Source: Asaia bogorensis
GTDB lineage: Bacteria; Pseudomonadota; Alphaproteobacteria; Acetobacterales; Acetobacteraceae
NCBI GenBank assembly: GCA_945873195.1
Contig: CAMCDA010000004.1
Location: forward strand, 1,923-65,922
DNA length: 64,000 nt
Direction of reading: 5' to 3'
Shown: positions 19,993 to 28,239 of the stretch, one piece after another
Layout: each line of letters starts with the position of its first letter
Position numbering within the stretch: position 1 is the stretch's first letter
Translations under genes and position numbers: made by a program
Notes under the pieces: generated by a model
Seen by the model: only the letters and a program-made list of their open reading frames with translations
What the model was told of the DNA's origin: nothing
Databases searched by the model: none

Positions 19993-21086
19993 CGCGTTTC
20001 CGTCCCAGCTGTCTGTCGGGTCGCCTGGGCTTCGGTCACGGCATAGGCCGAGATGGCTTGCGCGGCGCGCGCGGCCTCGGTCCGTTCTCCCGCGCTTTTG
20101 ACCCAGGTTTCCGCCTGGCCGCGCCAGGGCGAATGGGTCAGCAGCGTCGCGACTTCAGCCATCCGCCCTTCGGCCGCCAGCAGCCGCAGCCGTTGCAGGA
20201 AGCTGGCCTGCGGATCATCGGCCCCGCCGAACAGCGCGCGCAGGCGGGACCAGCTTGATCCGTCCTGGCCGAGCGTGGCGGCGATGGATTGGTCGAGCGC
20301 CTCGAAGGCGATGGCGAGGTCGCGGATCGTGGCCACGCCTTCCGGCAGGTCGCGCAGCGTATCGACGGCCAGGGCGATCGGCTCGGGGTAGGGGCCGTTC
20401 AGGTCCATCAGCGCGACGCCCTCGCTCAGCGGCGACCCGGTATCGACATCGCGGCGCAGGCGGGTGGCGGCGGCAAGCAGGGCGGCGGCGCGCACCCGGG
20501 CGGCAAGCACCTGACCCGCGGCCTCGATCTGGGTCATGCGCTGGCCGGCGTCCTGCGCCGCGCGCGCGGCGCCCGCGAGCTCGGTGCGGTTTTCGCGCAC
20601 GGCCGAGCCGGTTTCGATCAGCCGCCGGTCGAGCTGGCGGATATCGAGGCGCAGCCGCAGCATCTCCGACTCGAGGCCGGCGACGCGGGGGATCAGGGCC
20701 GCGACGTCGCGGTCGGTCGGGTTTTCCGGGGTCAGGACCTCGGTCAGCTTGCCGGCGGCGTCAGTGCCCAGGACGGTTGGCGCGTGGGCGACCAGCACCG
20801 GGCGCAGCGACGGGGCGGCCAGCGCGATGCAGGCGGCGGCGAGCGCCACGGTCGCGAACAACCCGCTGGCCCAGGCGCCGCGCGCGCGCTGAGGGGGGGA
20901 GGGAACATCGGTCGCGGGATCGGGAACATCGGTCGCCAAGGGTCGCGCGTGGGTTGCAGGCGCGGGATCGTTATCGTTGCGAGACTCAGGCAGGGGGAGC
21001 GGCGGCGGTTCGGCCCGCGCGCGGTCGCCGCGATCCCGGATCAGAACGTTCAGCCCGCCCGGCAGTGCAACAGGTTCATCGGCCAC
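19989..21086 (-). CDS. Mitofilin/Mic60-like (COG4223-like) TM-coiled-coil protein, copy 1
   Basis: Pro-rich N-terminus, TM, heptad coiled coil, then LRRDVDTGSPL...EGVATIRDLAIAF...W...W..A..R..A pattern; ATGA overlap with the MFP. Confidence 0.65.
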   Translation of the reverse strand: MADEPVALPGGLNVLIRDRGDRARAEPPPLPLPESRNDNDPAPATHARPLATDVPDPATDVPSPPQRARGAWASGLFATVALAAACIALAAPSLRPVLVAHAPTVLGTDAAGKLTEVLTPENPTDRDVAALIPRVAGLESEMLRLRLDIRQLDRRLIETGSAVRENRTELAGAARAAQDAGQRMTQIEAAGQVLAARVRAAALLAAATRLRRDVDTGSPLSEGVALMDLNGPYPEPIALAVDTLRDLPEGVATIRDLAIAFEALDQSIAATLGQDGSSWSRLRALFGGADDPQASFLQRLRLLAAEGRMAEVATLLTHSPWRGQAETWVKSAGERTEAARAAQAISAYAVTEAQATRQTAGTETR

Positions 21087-21326
21087 GTTTGCGATCCATG
21101 TCAGGGAGGAGCGGCTTGGGTGGAACGCGGTTCAGGGTAGGGCGAGGTCGGTAACGCCACGCATTGAGTCCGCATATGCATGATCCTGCCGGGGCAGCCA
21201 TGTTTTCATGTATCAGGGTGACAGGCCGATCGGTTTCAGGCAACACTAAACATGCATACCGCCAATCAGTTTTACGTTGTGTTACAGTCGGAGAGTGTGT
21301 CCGGATGAAGCATCGGAGCGTGTGAG

Positions 21327-21734
21327 ATGTACGGCCAACCGCTCGGGATTCTTGTCCGCATGATGGCGGTCCTCATGCTCGTCGCCGCGACGTACAATCC
21401 CAGCGGATATTCCTGGTATCATTGGGTGGAACAGACGGGCACCGAGCACTGGATCGCGAAGCTTTTTACATTCTTTGTTTTGATTTCTGGATACATCGTC
21501 TGCGTCAACGCCACGATCCGCTCACTCGGCCTGATCCTGGGCATCCCGTTCGTGCTACTGATCGTGACCATGGTCTGGCTCGCCGCCGATCACGGCTGGA
21601 TCGATCTGTCCAACTGGCTGCACCGAACCCTGGTGATCCAGGGATCCCTGGTGCTGCTGCTGGGCACCGGAACGTCGTTTTCCATCATTCGCTACCGGCT
21701 CGCCGGACAAATGGATTCCCGCTCGCTGCAATGA
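21327..21734 (+). CDS. DUF6524-like membrane protein, copy 1
   Basis: LVAATYNPSGYSWYHWV followed by 3 TM helices (family recognised by motif, not searched). Confidence 0.7.
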   Translation: MYGQPLGILVRMMAVLMLVAATYNPSGYSWYHWVEQTGTEHWIAKLFTFFVLISGYIVCVNATIRSLGLILGIPFVLLIVTMVWLAADHGWIDLSNWLHRTLVIQGSLVLLLGTGTSFSIIRYRLAGQMDSRSLQ

Positions 21735-21787
21735 AGATGTATTTTTTACCCATACGTCATCTTGGAGCGTAACGAGATGGCATCCCC

Positions 21788-22186
21788 ATGAGCCCGGGTG
21801 GCCTCACCGCTCGGCTGCTCGCCTGTTTCGCCCTGGTGTTCGCCACCTGGAACCCGACCGGCGTGAATTTCATCGACTGGGTCACCGGCCCCGAGCCGCT
21901 CGCGCTCAAGGCGGTGGCGGCGGCGCTGCTCGTCTTGCTGCATACCCTGTTCGCCCGAATCACCTGGCTGTCCCTGGGACTGGAGGGCCTCGGGTTCCTG
22001 CTGGTGATGCTGTTCCTGGGCGTGTTCACGCTGTCGGAACTGGATGTGATCGACCTCAGCCGAGGGCGGACATGGGGGTATGTTTTCAATGCGGTGGCGG
22101 CGCTGACGCTGACAACCGGTGTCGCTTGGTCGGTGATGAAGCGGCGCGTGACGGGCCAGTCCAACTACCTCAATCCACCACCCTGA
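21788..22186 (+). CDS. DUF6524-like membrane protein, copy 2
   Basis: LVFATWNPTGVNFIDWV with the same TM layout as the upstream paralogue. Confidence 0.7.
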   Translation: MSPGGLTARLLACFALVFATWNPTGVNFIDWVTGPEPLALKAVAAALLVLLHTLFARITWLSLGLEGLGFLLVMLFLGVFTLSELDVIDLSRGRTWGYVFNAVAALTLTTGVAWSVMKRRVTGQSNYLNPPP

Positions 22187-22838
22187 TGATGTCGGCCTGC
22201 GGTTCATCCCGCTGCCGCCGCCCCGACAGGGCCGAGAGCATCCTGGGCAGCAACGGCGGCTCATTGTGGCGGTAGTCCTGGATCAGCAGCATCGCCACCA
22301 GGATGACCCAGAAATTGAGCTGGTTGATCGACCACAATGTCAGCGTCGCGAGATAGATGACGCCGTGAAAACTTGTGATGAAGACAAGGACCTCGGTGAT
22401 CAGCAGGGCGCGCGCGCGGCGGCCGCGGCGCTGTGCCAGTGAGGTGACGATTCGCAGCGCCCAGACCGCTAGCGCCAGCCCGCACCACGCCAGCAGGTTG
22501 GCGCGTTCGTCTTGCCCGGCGATGGCGGTGGCCAATTCCAGGGCGGCGCGCGCTTCGTAGCGCAGGGAGCGTTCCAGGAATTCAGTCAGGGACAGGTCCC
22601 ACACGCCGTTGGGCGTGACGATCGCGTCCCAGGTCAGGGCCATGGGGGGGATCAGCAAAGGCAGGGCGGCCAGGCCGATCATGCCGCCGCTGACGACGGT
22701 GGCGTCCCCGGCGCTGCTGCCGCCCCGGATGACGCGGGAGAATTGCACGATCCAGAGCCAAAGCAGCAGCGGCGCGCCCACGATGATGGCGCGGAACAGA
22801 TAGAACGCGGCCTCACCCAGGAAATCGAGCAGGTCCAT
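22170..22838 (-). CDS. Hypothetical polytopic membrane protein
   Basis: About 4-5 hydrophobic helices. Confidence 0.7.
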   Translation of the reverse strand: MDLLDFLGEAAFYLFRAIIVGAPLLLWLWIVQFSRVIRGGSSAGDATVVSGGMIGLAALPLLIPPMALTWDAIVTPNGVWDLSLTEFLERSLRYEARAALELATAIAGQDERANLLAWCGLALAVWALRIVTSLAQRRGRRARALLITEVLVFITSFHGVIYLATLTLWSINQLNFWVILVAMLLIQDYRHNEPPLLPRMLSALSGRRQRDEPQADIIRVVD

Positions 22839-22864
22839 CCGGCGTCACGCCACGCGCGGGGGGA

Positions 22865-23311
22865 TCAGGTCTCGATCGATCGATACCACCGGCGGGACCA
22901 GAACAGCCCGGCGCGCTTGGGGCGCCAGCCGTTGTCAGCCATCACGCGCTTGAGCTGCCGCCGAGCCTCGGCTTCCGTGATGGTGTTGGCGGAGAAATCG
23001 CGGAGGACCTGGGCCGTGCTGTTGAACTGCGCGCGAGACACGGAGCCGCGGCGGCCGGCGTGACGGGCCAGAACCTGCTGGATGCGGCGGGCGGTTTCGG
23101 TTTCGAACGTATAGCCAAGATCCTCGGCCACGCCGCGCAGGATGCCGCGGGCTTCGTCGAGGGGCAGGCCATAGCGCGTGACCCCTTCCTCCAGCAGCCG
23201 CTGTTCCTGGGCGCGGTCGATGAACTTGCTTTGCAGGCCTGACAGCTTCACCAGGTCGGCAAAGCGCCGGGCGGGGTCGTCGGCACCGCGCCTGACCATG
23301 TCATCTGCCAT
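22865..23311 (-). CDS. Hypothetical soluble helical protein
   Basis: FIDRAQEQRLLEEGVTRYGL...; basic aromatic C-tail (GLFWSRRWYRSI); start 23311 or 23323. Confidence 0.7.
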   Translation of the reverse strand: MADDMVRRGADDPARRFADLVKLSGLQSKFIDRAQEQRLLEEGVTRYGLPLDEARGILRGVAEDLGYTFETETARRIQQVLARHAGRRGSVSRAQFNSTAQVLRDFSANTITEAEARRQLKRVMADNGWRPKRAGLFWSRRWYRSIET

Positions 23312-23442
23312 TGTCAAGATCACATCCCCGCATCTGGTGAAGGCGGGGGTTATAGGTGGCCGGTCACGGGGCTGTAAAGCGCGCGCTGGGATGAAGTTGG
23401 CATGATGGTGTGGGCAAACGTGTTAATTCGTGCGGAAGTAGC

Positions 23443-23459
23443 CATAATGTGACATTATG
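23443..23459. promoter_or_regulatory. Perfect 8-1-8 inverted repeat, candidate operator in a divergent promoter
   Basis: CATAATGT-G-ACATTATG in an AT-rich intergenic region. Confidence 0.6.
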
Positions 23460-23603
23460 CCCCGATGGGTGGTATGTTACCGAAAAATTTCTCGCTTCGC
23501 GGGGCCTGTGTCATCTGATAGAGGCAACCACGCCCTGGTCGTTGCAATCAGGACGGCCGAACGGGGTGTTGGCTACCCTGGATTTTAATGGATTTCATCC
23601 GAC

Positions 23604-24779
23604 GTGTCCGTTGCACAGACCTGGAAAACGCTCCGTATCTTCGTCAATCGCCGCCTGTCCGCGCGGCGTGGGCGCATCAATCCCTGGCGCGATTGGGCCA
23701 CAAGCGCGGTGGTCCTCGCGATCGGCATCGGTGTCGGGGTGTCGTGTCTGCCGGGACACCCGACGCAGGGCCCCTCGGCCGCCACGCTGATCGATCCGCA
23801 GCCCAATGGCGGCGGCATCGCCCCCGCCGTCTTCGCGCTGCGTGACAGCGGCGCGGCGGTCCGTTTCGCGAATGCCGAGGCCCGGCCGAACGGCCAGATC
23901 CTTGTCGGCTTCTACAACGCCCTCGACCCGCTGCTCGCCACCGCCACCGAACCGGTTCTGCTTCCCGCCGATGCTCGGCTGCTGTGGCTGCTGGCATCAC
24001 CGGGGGAGCGTCAGTCGATCCGCGACCGCGCGGCGGCCCTGGTCGTGGCGCTGTCTTCGGGCGGGCGCGATATCGTCACGTCGCCGGAGTTCGCCGATCA
24101 CTACCGTGACCGTTTCCTGGAGGTGTTTCAGGTTGCCGCCCGTTCGGCCTGGGTGGTGACGCAGGAAAGCGGCGCCTGGCGCGCCTTGCTGCGCGGGCTG
24201 GAACCGGCGATGCGCGACCTCGGTGACCGCGACATCCGCCCGGTGGTCGAACGGCATTTTCGCGTGGTCCCCGGCCGGATGCTGCGCGCCAACGCCTTCG
24301 CGATGCTCGATCCCTTCACCGACCGACCCTGGAACATGACCCCGGTGGAGGACGCGCTGCGGTCCGCGCTGCTTGAACTGCGGGATCGGGAGGTGCCGGA
24401 GCGGATGGTCGCGCATCTGATGGCCTCCCCCCAGGCCGCGACCTTCCTGCGGCTGTATCAGGATGAGTTGGTGCGCCAGCTCGCCCATGATGGCGCGCTG
24501 CAAGGGCTGCTGGCCGAGATGGCCTTTGATGAGCGGTTTCGTCCCTATGCCAACGGCATAGTCGATCGCGCCAACGACCTGGCCCGCTTCGCGCCGCGTC
24601 TGCTGGTCAGCCTGCGCGGCAGCAAGGACCTGAACCTGGTGGCCGCCACCGTCATCCGGGCGACCATCGCCGGGCGGGGGGACCGTGTCGTTGTGTTCAT
24701 GAGCCGATCGCAACGGGATGAGCTGGCGGCGCTGGATCGGTACGCGGTGCAGCCGCTTGAGAGGAAGGGGCGCTCGTGA
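23604..24779 (+). CDS. Hypothetical single-TM/exported helical protein
   Basis: TM SAVVLAIGIGVGVSC; GTGA overlap with the ABC-MlaE gene. Confidence 0.72.
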   Translation: MSVAQTWKTLRIFVNRRLSARRGRINPWRDWATSAVVLAIGIGVGVSCLPGHPTQGPSAATLIDPQPNGGGIAPAVFALRDSGAAVRFANAEARPNGQILVGFYNALDPLLATATEPVLLPADARLLWLLASPGERQSIRDRAAALVVALSSGGRDIVTSPEFADHYRDRFLEVFQVAARSAWVVTQESGAWRALLRGLEPAMRDLGDRDIRPVVERHFRVVPGRMLRANAFAMLDPFTDRPWNMTPVEDALRSALLELRDREVPERMVAHLMASPQAATFLRLYQDELVRQLAHDGALQGLLAEMAFDERFRPYANGIVDRANDLARFAPRLLVSLRGSKDLNLVAATVIRATIAGRGDRVVVFMSRSQRDELAALDRYAVQPLERKGRS

Positions 24780-26323
24780 GCGACAGCCGGATGGCGGCGC
24801 GCGACGGGCTTGTCGCGACGGCGGCGCGCGACGGGCTTGTCGCGACCGGTCTTTCGATCACCCGCCCGGATGGCATTCCCATCCTGCGCGATACCGAGCT
24901 GCGGATCGGCGCGTCCGAGGTCGTGCTGCTGGTCGGCCCCAGCGGCTGCGGCAAATCGACCCTGCTGATGCTGTTGGGCGGGTTGCTGGATCGCGGCAAT
25001 GGCTGGCAGGTATCGGGGCAATTGTCGTGCGGCGACCTGCGGATCGACCTGGCCGAGGAACAGGCCGGCGTCGGCGGCGTGGTGTTCCAGAGCCATGCGC
25101 TGTTCGACGAACTGGATGCCGAGGCCAATCTGCGGATCGCGCGCGACCACGCGGCGGCGAATGTCGCGCCGTCGCTGGCCGCCGCCATGCTGCCGATGCT
25201 GGAGGATATCGACCCGCACCAGGCCGTCAGCGCCAGCAGCGGCGGGCAACGCCAGCGTTTGGCCATCGCGCGCACCGTGCTGACCGACCAACCGGTGCTG
25301 CTGTTCGATGAGCCGAATTCGGGGTTGGACATCATCTCCTCCCGCCGGCTGGTGGAACTGATCCGCGGCCTGTGCCGCACCATGGGCAAGCCGGCGCTGA
25401 TCGCGGTGCATCACGCCTCCGAACTGCTGCCGGTGGCCGATCGCGTGCTGGTGATGGACCCAATCCGCGCCACCTTGACCGAGGTTGCGCCGCGGATCGA
25501 GGCGTTGGAGGCCGGCCTCACCATCGCCACGCGGGCCGATCCGACCGAGGAACGGCCCCGTTCTCGGGGGCGCTGGCGGCTGGGCTCCTCGGCGGCGCCG
25601 AGGAACACGCGGCTGTATTGGTTCACCCATTACGTGCTGGGCTACATGTGGCTGCTCTGCGCGTCGCCGATCATGTTGATGTATATCGCGGCTGGGGCCT
25701 GCATTACCGGGTTTGTCACGATCTGGTTCGGGTTCAACTACTATTCCTATGGTGGATTGCTGAAATCACTGCTGCATGATGAGACCTTGGTGGGGCTGGG
25801 AACGGTGCAGGCGCGGGTGGCGCTGCCCTTGATCACGACGATTCTGTTCGTCGCGCGCAACAGCGCGGTGATCGCGGCGGATGTCGGTAACCGGGCGCTG
25901 ACCGCGCAGTTCCAGGCGATGGACAACCTGGGCATTCCAGGCCGGCTTTATGTGTTTTCGGGGATCATCATCAGCATGGGCGTTGGCTCGGTCGTGCTGA
26001 TCGTGCTGGCGGTGCTGCTGGGCGCCTGGGCCTCGCAGGAAACATGGATGGTACAGTTCCCCAACCAATATCGGGAGTTGTTTCGCAGCCTGTTCTTCCG
26101 TAATGTTATCTCGCCATCCGGTTGGCCGTCCTCGGCGATGGGTTGGGTGGTGGCCAAGGCGGCGATCAGTGGATTGCTGGCCTCGATCACGTCGATCATC
26201 ATCGCGCTGGGGCCCAAATCATCCAGCCTGGCGGTCAGCCGGTCGGTGGCCAACGCGATTGTCGTGGGCGTGATCGTGGCGCTTTTGGTGCATGCGGTGA
26301 TTTCGGCGCTGACAGCGGTCTGA
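24776..26323 (+). CDS. Fused ABC ATPase plus MlaE-like permease
   Basis: GPSGCGKST, SGGQRQRLAIAR, LLFDEPNSGLD; C-terminal LPLITTILFVARNSAVIAADVG...QFQAMDNLGI and AVSRSVANAIV match the MlaE pattern. Confidence 0.82.
   Translation: MSDSRMAARDGLVATAARDGLVATGLSITRPDGIPILRDTELRIGASEVVLLVGPSGCGKSTLLMLLGGLLDRGNGWQVSGQLSCGDLRIDLAEEQAGVGGVVFQSHALFDELDAEANLRIARDHAAANVAPSLAAAMLPMLEDIDPHQAVSASSGGQRQRLAIARTVLTDQPVLLFDEPNSGLDIISSRRLVELIRGLCRTMGKPALIAVHHASELLPVADRVLVMDPIRATLTEVAPRIEALEAGLTIATRADPTEERPRSRGRWRLGSSAAPRNTRLYWFTHYVLGYMWLLCASPIMLMYIAAGACITGFVTIWFGFNYYSYGGLLKSLLHDETLVGLGTVQARVALPLITTILFVARNSAVIAADVGNRALTAQFQAMDNLGIPGRLYVFSGIIISMGVGSVVLIVLAVLLGAWASQETWMVQFPNQYRELFRSLFFRNVISPSGWPSSAMGWVVAKAAISGLLASITSIIIALGPKSSSLAVSRSVANAIVVGVIVALLVHAVISALTAV
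24793..24846 (+). repeat. Perfect 27-bp tandem duplication (AARDGLVAT x2), in frame
   Basis: ggcggcgcgcgacgggcttgtcgcgac at 24793 and 24820. Confidence 0.95.
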
Positions 26324-26378
26324 CCGGACCCTACGATACTTTCACGGCGCGTATATCGGTTCTTGAGGAGTGACAGGC

Positions 26379-27161
26379 ATGGATCGGGATGACCAGGCAC
26401 ATGAGCGCGCGGCGACGATGCGATCGATGAAAATGCTGGCCGGGGCGGCGTTGATCGTCTCGCTGACCGGGCCGCTTTGGGTACCGAACATCCTCGCCAC
26501 TCTGAATTTCCGTTCCTCCGCCGATATCGCCGCCGAACGGAACCGGGACGACATCGTCCGGCTGGAGCAAGGCTCCGTCGGGTCCGAGCAGCGACTGAAG
26601 GCGGCCGAGGCCGCGGTGGCCAAGCTGCGGGAGGACCTGGGCCGCATGGAACAGCGGATGGCGGCGATGCGCGACGCGCTGGCCGCCGGCGCCGCGGCCG
26701 ATCTCGCGGCGGCGCTGCGCTCCGATGGCGGGTTCATGGCGGAACTGGCGGCGTTGCGCGCGGTTGCGACTCCCGCCCCCGATCTGACCGACATGCTGGC
26801 CATGATCACCCCCTTCGCGGAAACCGGGGTGCCGGGCGCGCGTGAAATCCGCCAGCGCTTCCTGCGGGAGATGGCGGGCGCGGGTTCGGCGCAGGGCGGT
26901 TCGCCGTTCGCCTGGCTTCGCCGGACGGTGCTGCTGGCGCCAGATCCGGTGGCTCAGGACGTGAACCCGCATTTGCTGGAAGCCGAGACCCTGCTGCGTG
27001 ACGACGACCTGCTGGGTGCGATGGCCGCGGCCCGCCGGATCGAGGCGCCGCGCCCCGACTGGCTGGGGGCCTGGCTCGCGGATGCCCAGGCGCGGTCCGC
27101 GGCGGATGCGCTATTGCCCCGGCTGGATCGCTGGACGGCCGTCGCCGCGCCCAAGCCATGA
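26379..27161 (+). CDS. Mitofilin/Mic60-like protein, copy 2
   Basis: GAGGAG RBS; TM; coiled coil; LAAALRSDGGFMAELAAL...FAETGVP...LLRDDDLLGAM...WLADAQARSAAD. Confidence 0.75.
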   Translation: MDRDDQAHERAATMRSMKMLAGAALIVSLTGPLWVPNILATLNFRSSADIAAERNRDDIVRLEQGSVGSEQRLKAAEAAVAKLREDLGRMEQRMAAMRDALAAGAAADLAAALRSDGGFMAELAALRAVATPAPDLTDMLAMITPFAETGVPGAREIRQRFLREMAGAGSAQGGSPFAWLRRTVLLAPDPVAQDVNPHLLEAETLLRDDDLLGAMAAARRIEAPRPDWLGAWLADAQARSAADALLPRLDRWTAVAAPKP

Positions 27162-27451
27162 GGCCGCGCCGGACGTTGGCCGGCCTGGCGCTGGGGGTGT
27201 CGCTGTTGGCCGGCGGGCCGGTGTCGGCACAGGTCGTTGTGGAACGCGACGTCATCGTCGTGCGCCAGGGCGGCGTGACCGAGGCGATGATCTCGGCCTG
27301 CGCCGGTGGCGCGGCGATCGGGGCGGTGATCGTCTGGGGCAGCGGGACGGGAGCGGTGTTGCCGACCGCCGGGTTGTTCTGTGGGCTGTCGGTGGCGGCG
27401 ACCATTTCGGCCTCGGTGGCGACTTATGCGTGGCGCTCGCTGCCTTGGTGA
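27158..27451 (+). CDS. Small signal-peptide / Gly-zipper membrane protein (97 aa)
   Basis: ATGA overlap; SACAGGAAIGAVIVWG...AGLFCG. Confidence 0.72.
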   Translation: MRPRRTLAGLALGVSLLAGGPVSAQVVVERDVIVVRQGGVTEAMISACAGGAAIGAVIVWGSGTGAVLPTAGLFCGLSVAATISASVATYAWRSLPW

Positions 27452-27529
27452 ATTGCGCGCGACCGTGACCGGGGCCTACGATGCGCCGAGCGTTTGCATA
27501 AGCATCGGCGGGCGGGGAAGGGGTTGTCC

Positions 27530-28216
27530 ATGCACACCGTGATGTTGGCCAAGCAGAAGGGCGGCGTGGGCGCGAGTACCATCGCGCGGGAGATCGGGGT
27601 GCTGGCCGCGCGCAACGGGCAGCGGGTTGTGTTCATCGACCTCGATCCGCAGGCGACTCTGTCGAAATGGTGGAACCGGCGCACGGCTGGCGCGAACGGC
27701 ACGCCGAACCCGGCGCTGGCTGCGGTGAAGCCAGACCAGTTGCTGACCGTGCTGGGGCAGTTGGCCGCCAGCGGCGGGGTGGATCTGGTGGTGATCGACG
27801 TGCCGCCCTCGATCCACAGCTTCATCCGGCGGGTGATGGACGCGGTCGATTTCGTGCTGGTGCCGGTGCGCCCGACCTCCGACGATTTCGAGGCCTTGCC
27901 GGAAATCGTTGAGATGATTGAGCAAGCGGGCCGGCGCTATGCCTTCGTCGTGACCCAGGCGCCGACGGGCCGGCGGATCCGCGCGGTGGATGAGGCGATT
28001 CCGATCCTGGCGCGCCAGGGCCGGGTGGCGGGCGTGCTGCGGTTCCGTTCGGCGTTCCCGGCGGCTGCCTCGGCGGCGCAGGTGACGACCGAGTTTGAAA
28101 CGACTGGCAAGGCCGCCGCCGAAATTCGGGAGCTTTGGGCTTTCGTGAAGGCTGAACTGCGGAAGATTGATCGGGCGGCCGCGGCGGCGGCGCCAGAACT
28201 GGCGAAGGCGTCCTGA
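27530..28216 (+). CDS. ParA-family ATPase with atypical Walker A (KGGVGAST)
   Basis: KQKGGVGASTIA, FIDLDPQA, VIDVPPS, VLVPVRPT; GGGGAAGGGG RBS. Confidence 0.88.
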   Translation: MHTVMLAKQKGGVGASTIAREIGVLAARNGQRVVFIDLDPQATLSKWWNRRTAGANGTPNPALAAVKPDQLLTVLGQLAASGGVDLVVIDVPPSIHSFIRRVMDAVDFVLVPVRPTSDDFEALPEIVEMIEQAGRRYAFVVTQAPTGRRIRAVDEAIPILARQGRVAGVLRFRSAFPAAASAAQVTTEFETTGKAAAEIRELWAFVKAELRKIDRAAAAAAPELAKAS

Positions 28217-28239
28217 GCGGCGGATGAGGAAAATTCAGG

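Noticed and set aside
27530-28216. CpaE/TadZ of a Tad pilus locus (shares KGGVGAST)
   Set aside because: No N-terminal receiver-like domain and no cpa/tad/flp genes nearby
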